From assembly GCF_963676685.1 (NCBI RefSeq), contig NC_092344.1, positions 83,328,001 through 83,392,000 of the forward strand: a stretch of DNA of 64,000 nt. The letters are read 5' to 3'. The notes beneath the pieces are model-generated. The model did no database searches. It had not been told where the DNA came from and saw only the letters and a list, made by a program, of their open reading frames with translations. The position numbers and the translations under genes are program-made. Each line of letters opens with the position of its first letter. Positions within the stretch are counted from its first letter, which is position 1. The stretch is from Mytilus edulis (taxonomy: Eukaryota). Positions 61,062-64,000 of this stretch are shown piece after piece.

Positions 61062-64000
61062 ATTGAAGAACAGGGAAGCTCAAGAAAGAATGGGTCTCCA
61101 GGATTTTATGACAGTATTCAGTAATTTAGATCCTTCATGTAAAGGATTTGTCACCTCTCATCAAGTGTTAGAATTTTGTCAATCAATTTACCACAGCAGT
61201 ATATCAGTTGAGCAAATTGAACATGCAATAACACAGATATGTGGTTCTACATCATCTGGACGAGTCAGTAGACAACAGTTTATAGCTGTTCTTGAAGAAA
61301 TCGAACGCAGGCGTTCAGTAGAAGAACAAGCTTATTGGGACTTCCAAGCTTTAGACTATAAAGGAACAAACAGAATTTCATTAAAAGATGCCTTGATGAT
61401 GTTTAGAGAGTTTCATGGAGACAGATTCTCATTGTATACATGGAAAGAGTTTTTGAAATCCCGAGATGATCCTGGTGAACAAGTTTATTTTGATGAGATA
61501 AGACTGTGGTTGTGTAATTACCCTTCAGGTGAACCAGCTTCCAAAGATCAGATAACACAAGAAGAAGAGCAACTAATCAAAATACAATCTAACCATCAGA
61601 GTGATACAATCAATAAATTAAAGCAGATTCAGGTAAATGTTTTAAAAGATAAGTGTGTCGTATTTACATTTGTAAGTGCATGTGTAAAGCTTCCAAGGAA
61701 CTATAATTTTTATACTATGACTTATCATTATGCCTTTAACTGCTAAATTGTGAAATACACTCATAACACATTTAAATATCTTATCAGTAACAGTATCTTC
61801 AATTTCTTTTACAGCCAATTTCATTGAGTTTGTAGCTAACGGTAATCTTTGGTTAGCTTGCTTGTTAGCTGAACCATGAAGTCATTAGGTCAGGTATTCT
61901 ACCCTCCTTTTGAAGTAGCCTAATCTAACAGGCAGACAGATTGATTATCTGCTTGAGTAGTCTACTCTTAAAGGAGGGTAGTTTACCTGAACTAACAAAA
62001 ACTTCACGGTTCAGTTAACAAGCAAGCTAACCAAAGATATTACATTTGGCTTCACGCTCAATGAAATTGGCTGTAAAACACATAGTTCTTCAGATGTTGA
62101 TATTTTAATAAAATCATCAAACATTTGATTATTTCTGCCACCAAAAACATTTTTGTAAATTCTGATTATTTGATTTCTTAGAAACAAAACCTCAAATTGA
62201 TTCATGCTAATGATAAATCAGTTTATGAAAATACCACTATAATGGTATAACAGTACTGAGTTGTCAAGTGTTTCAATACAGGAATAAATTACATGTGTAT
62301 GACACATTTTAAGGATACTACTAGTACTCTAACAACATGAAAACAGAAACTTTTATTGTTTTAAGAGATTAACCCTTTTTTATCAAATGTATAGAACATG
62401 TAAATGTATTTAACTGCTCCAGTTTTGGGTACATAATAATGATTGTATGTTTGAAGGATGACAAAGAAGAAATACATGAGTACTTGGATAATGCTCAGTA
62501 CAATGCACAGAGAAGAAGAAATAAGTAAGTATAACTGCAATTTATAGAAAATCATTCATCATTGTTGCTGAATTGTAGATTAGAATTGTCTGTTATTAGT
62601 AAAAAATGTCACAGTAAAACTGAGTTTTCTCCCCTTGATTTTTGAATAGCACCAGGCCTAGGGTTAGCAAGCCTCTTTAGCGGTTGAATTTGAAGCAGTT
62701 TATTTTGATGATTTAATTACTTGTATATGATAAAGCTTGACAGTAGATTTTAATTTTGTAGATGGGACAAACAAGGACTTGAAGCAATGTTATTTGATGA
62801 TGGTTTGGAAGCAGACGATGACACAACATCTACTAAGTCGAAAGATACAATTACCATGAGTGATGTAAATGATGCAATGACGCAGAAATATGATAAACTC
62901 AAGTCTAAACTGCTGTGGGAAATGGCTAAAATGTCTGCAGGTATAATAGTATTGTCTGTAGAATAATGTGAGAAAAAACATGATTAGTGTTAGATATGAC
63001 AAATAGAATTTTGTGAAAAAAATTATGTAAGTCTGCAAATTTTCCATATGTATATGAACAAGCTTTACTTTGTCTTAAACTAATTTTTTGATTAGACATC
63101 AATAGTCAGAAGAATATTTTATGCATCTAATTTCGATCTTACAAAATTTTCAGACTTTTTTGCTTTAAGACCAGACTTTTATATATAATTTTAGCAATGG
63201 AAAGTGACAGACATGAGATTTTCCAGCAGCTATGTCGTGAAGAGAAGCAGTACAGTAGAGAAGGTAGTTTACAGGATAGAATAGGTGGATTATCTGGTTC
63301 TCGTCTGGACCTTATAGCCACATTGACAGGTTTGATGGGTGAAGTCAGGTCTCATGACTTAAAGAGAAAAGAGCAGACAGAGAAAAAACGTGAAACACTC
63401 CGACAAGAAGGCATGAAAGAACAGGACATTGATAAAGCCATACAGACAGAATACCAGGGAGTTATAAGTGGTAAGATTAAAAAAAAGGCTCTTCAAATAT
63501 TATCATTAGTTTTGGTGGATTGTTGGCATTTTTACCGCATCTCCTTAATAAATCTTAAGATGGAAATAAATAATATTATAAAGCTATGATTAATGAAATG
63601 TAAAAAAAGTCATGGGAACAGAACACCAGAGAGTCATGACCAGTATTTTAAAAGATGTAAATATAGATATGTCAAGAAGGTTAGGGTTAGGGTTATTTTT
63701 GTCTCAAATTCATAACATTTAAGGAGTTGATTATTTTAGTTTTATAAAACAACAATTACTACATTCATGTCTTATGGTCAGTGCAAGAAAAATGTTTCTT
63801 TTAATTGTCAGGAGATACAACATGTGGAGCTAGCTTAATTAACTTGATAGAAAGATTTAAGCTTGAGAAGGAAGAAACAATGATGGCAGTTAAATCTAGA
63901 GCCAGTATGTCTTCTGTTGCTTTAGAGAATGAATATTATAGGTTACTACGGCAACACTTGTTACTGACAGATGAATGGGGTTTCCCAGCCTTGGCCATGG
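61062..64000 (+). CDS. EF-hand and coiled-coil protein, 5' part; exons 61062-61632, 62457-62524, 62762-62940, 63195-63470 and 63812->64000
   Basis: EF-hand-like loops DPSCKGFVTSHQV and DYKGTNRISLKDA. Five exons join in frame through GT-AG introns (phases 0, 2, 1, 1). Probable ATG at 61090; the gene continues past the window. Confidence 0.85.
61842..62043. mobile_element. Intronic MITE-like inverted repeat (about 200 bp)
   Basis: ctttggttagcttgcttgttagctgaacc..gaagt is inverted at 62001-62037, and ctaccctccttt pairs with aaaggagggtag. Confidence 0.6.

Noticed and set aside
61633-61746. C-terminal parts of ORFs 61063-61746 and 63197-63589
   Set aside because: They are read-through into introns past the GT donors at 61633 and 63471.

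Overview
AT-rich eukaryotic genomic DNA with spliceosomal introns and eukaryotic transposable elements. The repeat repertoire suggests a bivalve mollusc such as Mytilus; this is an inference. From left to right: (1) A 1408-bp tandem array (1-10245) that is not a simple satellite. It alternates a 664-bp module with its own 19-bp TIRs and TTAA boundaries with a 744-bp non-coding spacer, matching the LTDR/internal architecture of composite-like KolobokP transposons. (2) Three GIMAP/AIG1 GTPase genes, each with a single coding exon and a different C-terminal membrane anchor (CSIL, CSIQ, amphipathic helix). (3) A 7.2-kb nest of transposons, including a PIF/Harbinger element with an intact spliced transposase. 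(4) A 2.85-kb CAC...GTG element with about 245-bp TIRs and a 5-bp TSD (Transib/RAG-like signature). (5) Two tandem paralogous genes with intronless CDSs encoding about 925-aa multi-pass membrane proteins of no family I recognise, the second followed by a 1.3-kb near-perfect palindrome. (6) An RNase H-bearing LINE remnant, several MITEs, and the 5' part of a multi-exon EF-hand/coiled-coil gene running off the window end. No rRNA, tRNA or CRISPR array was seen.
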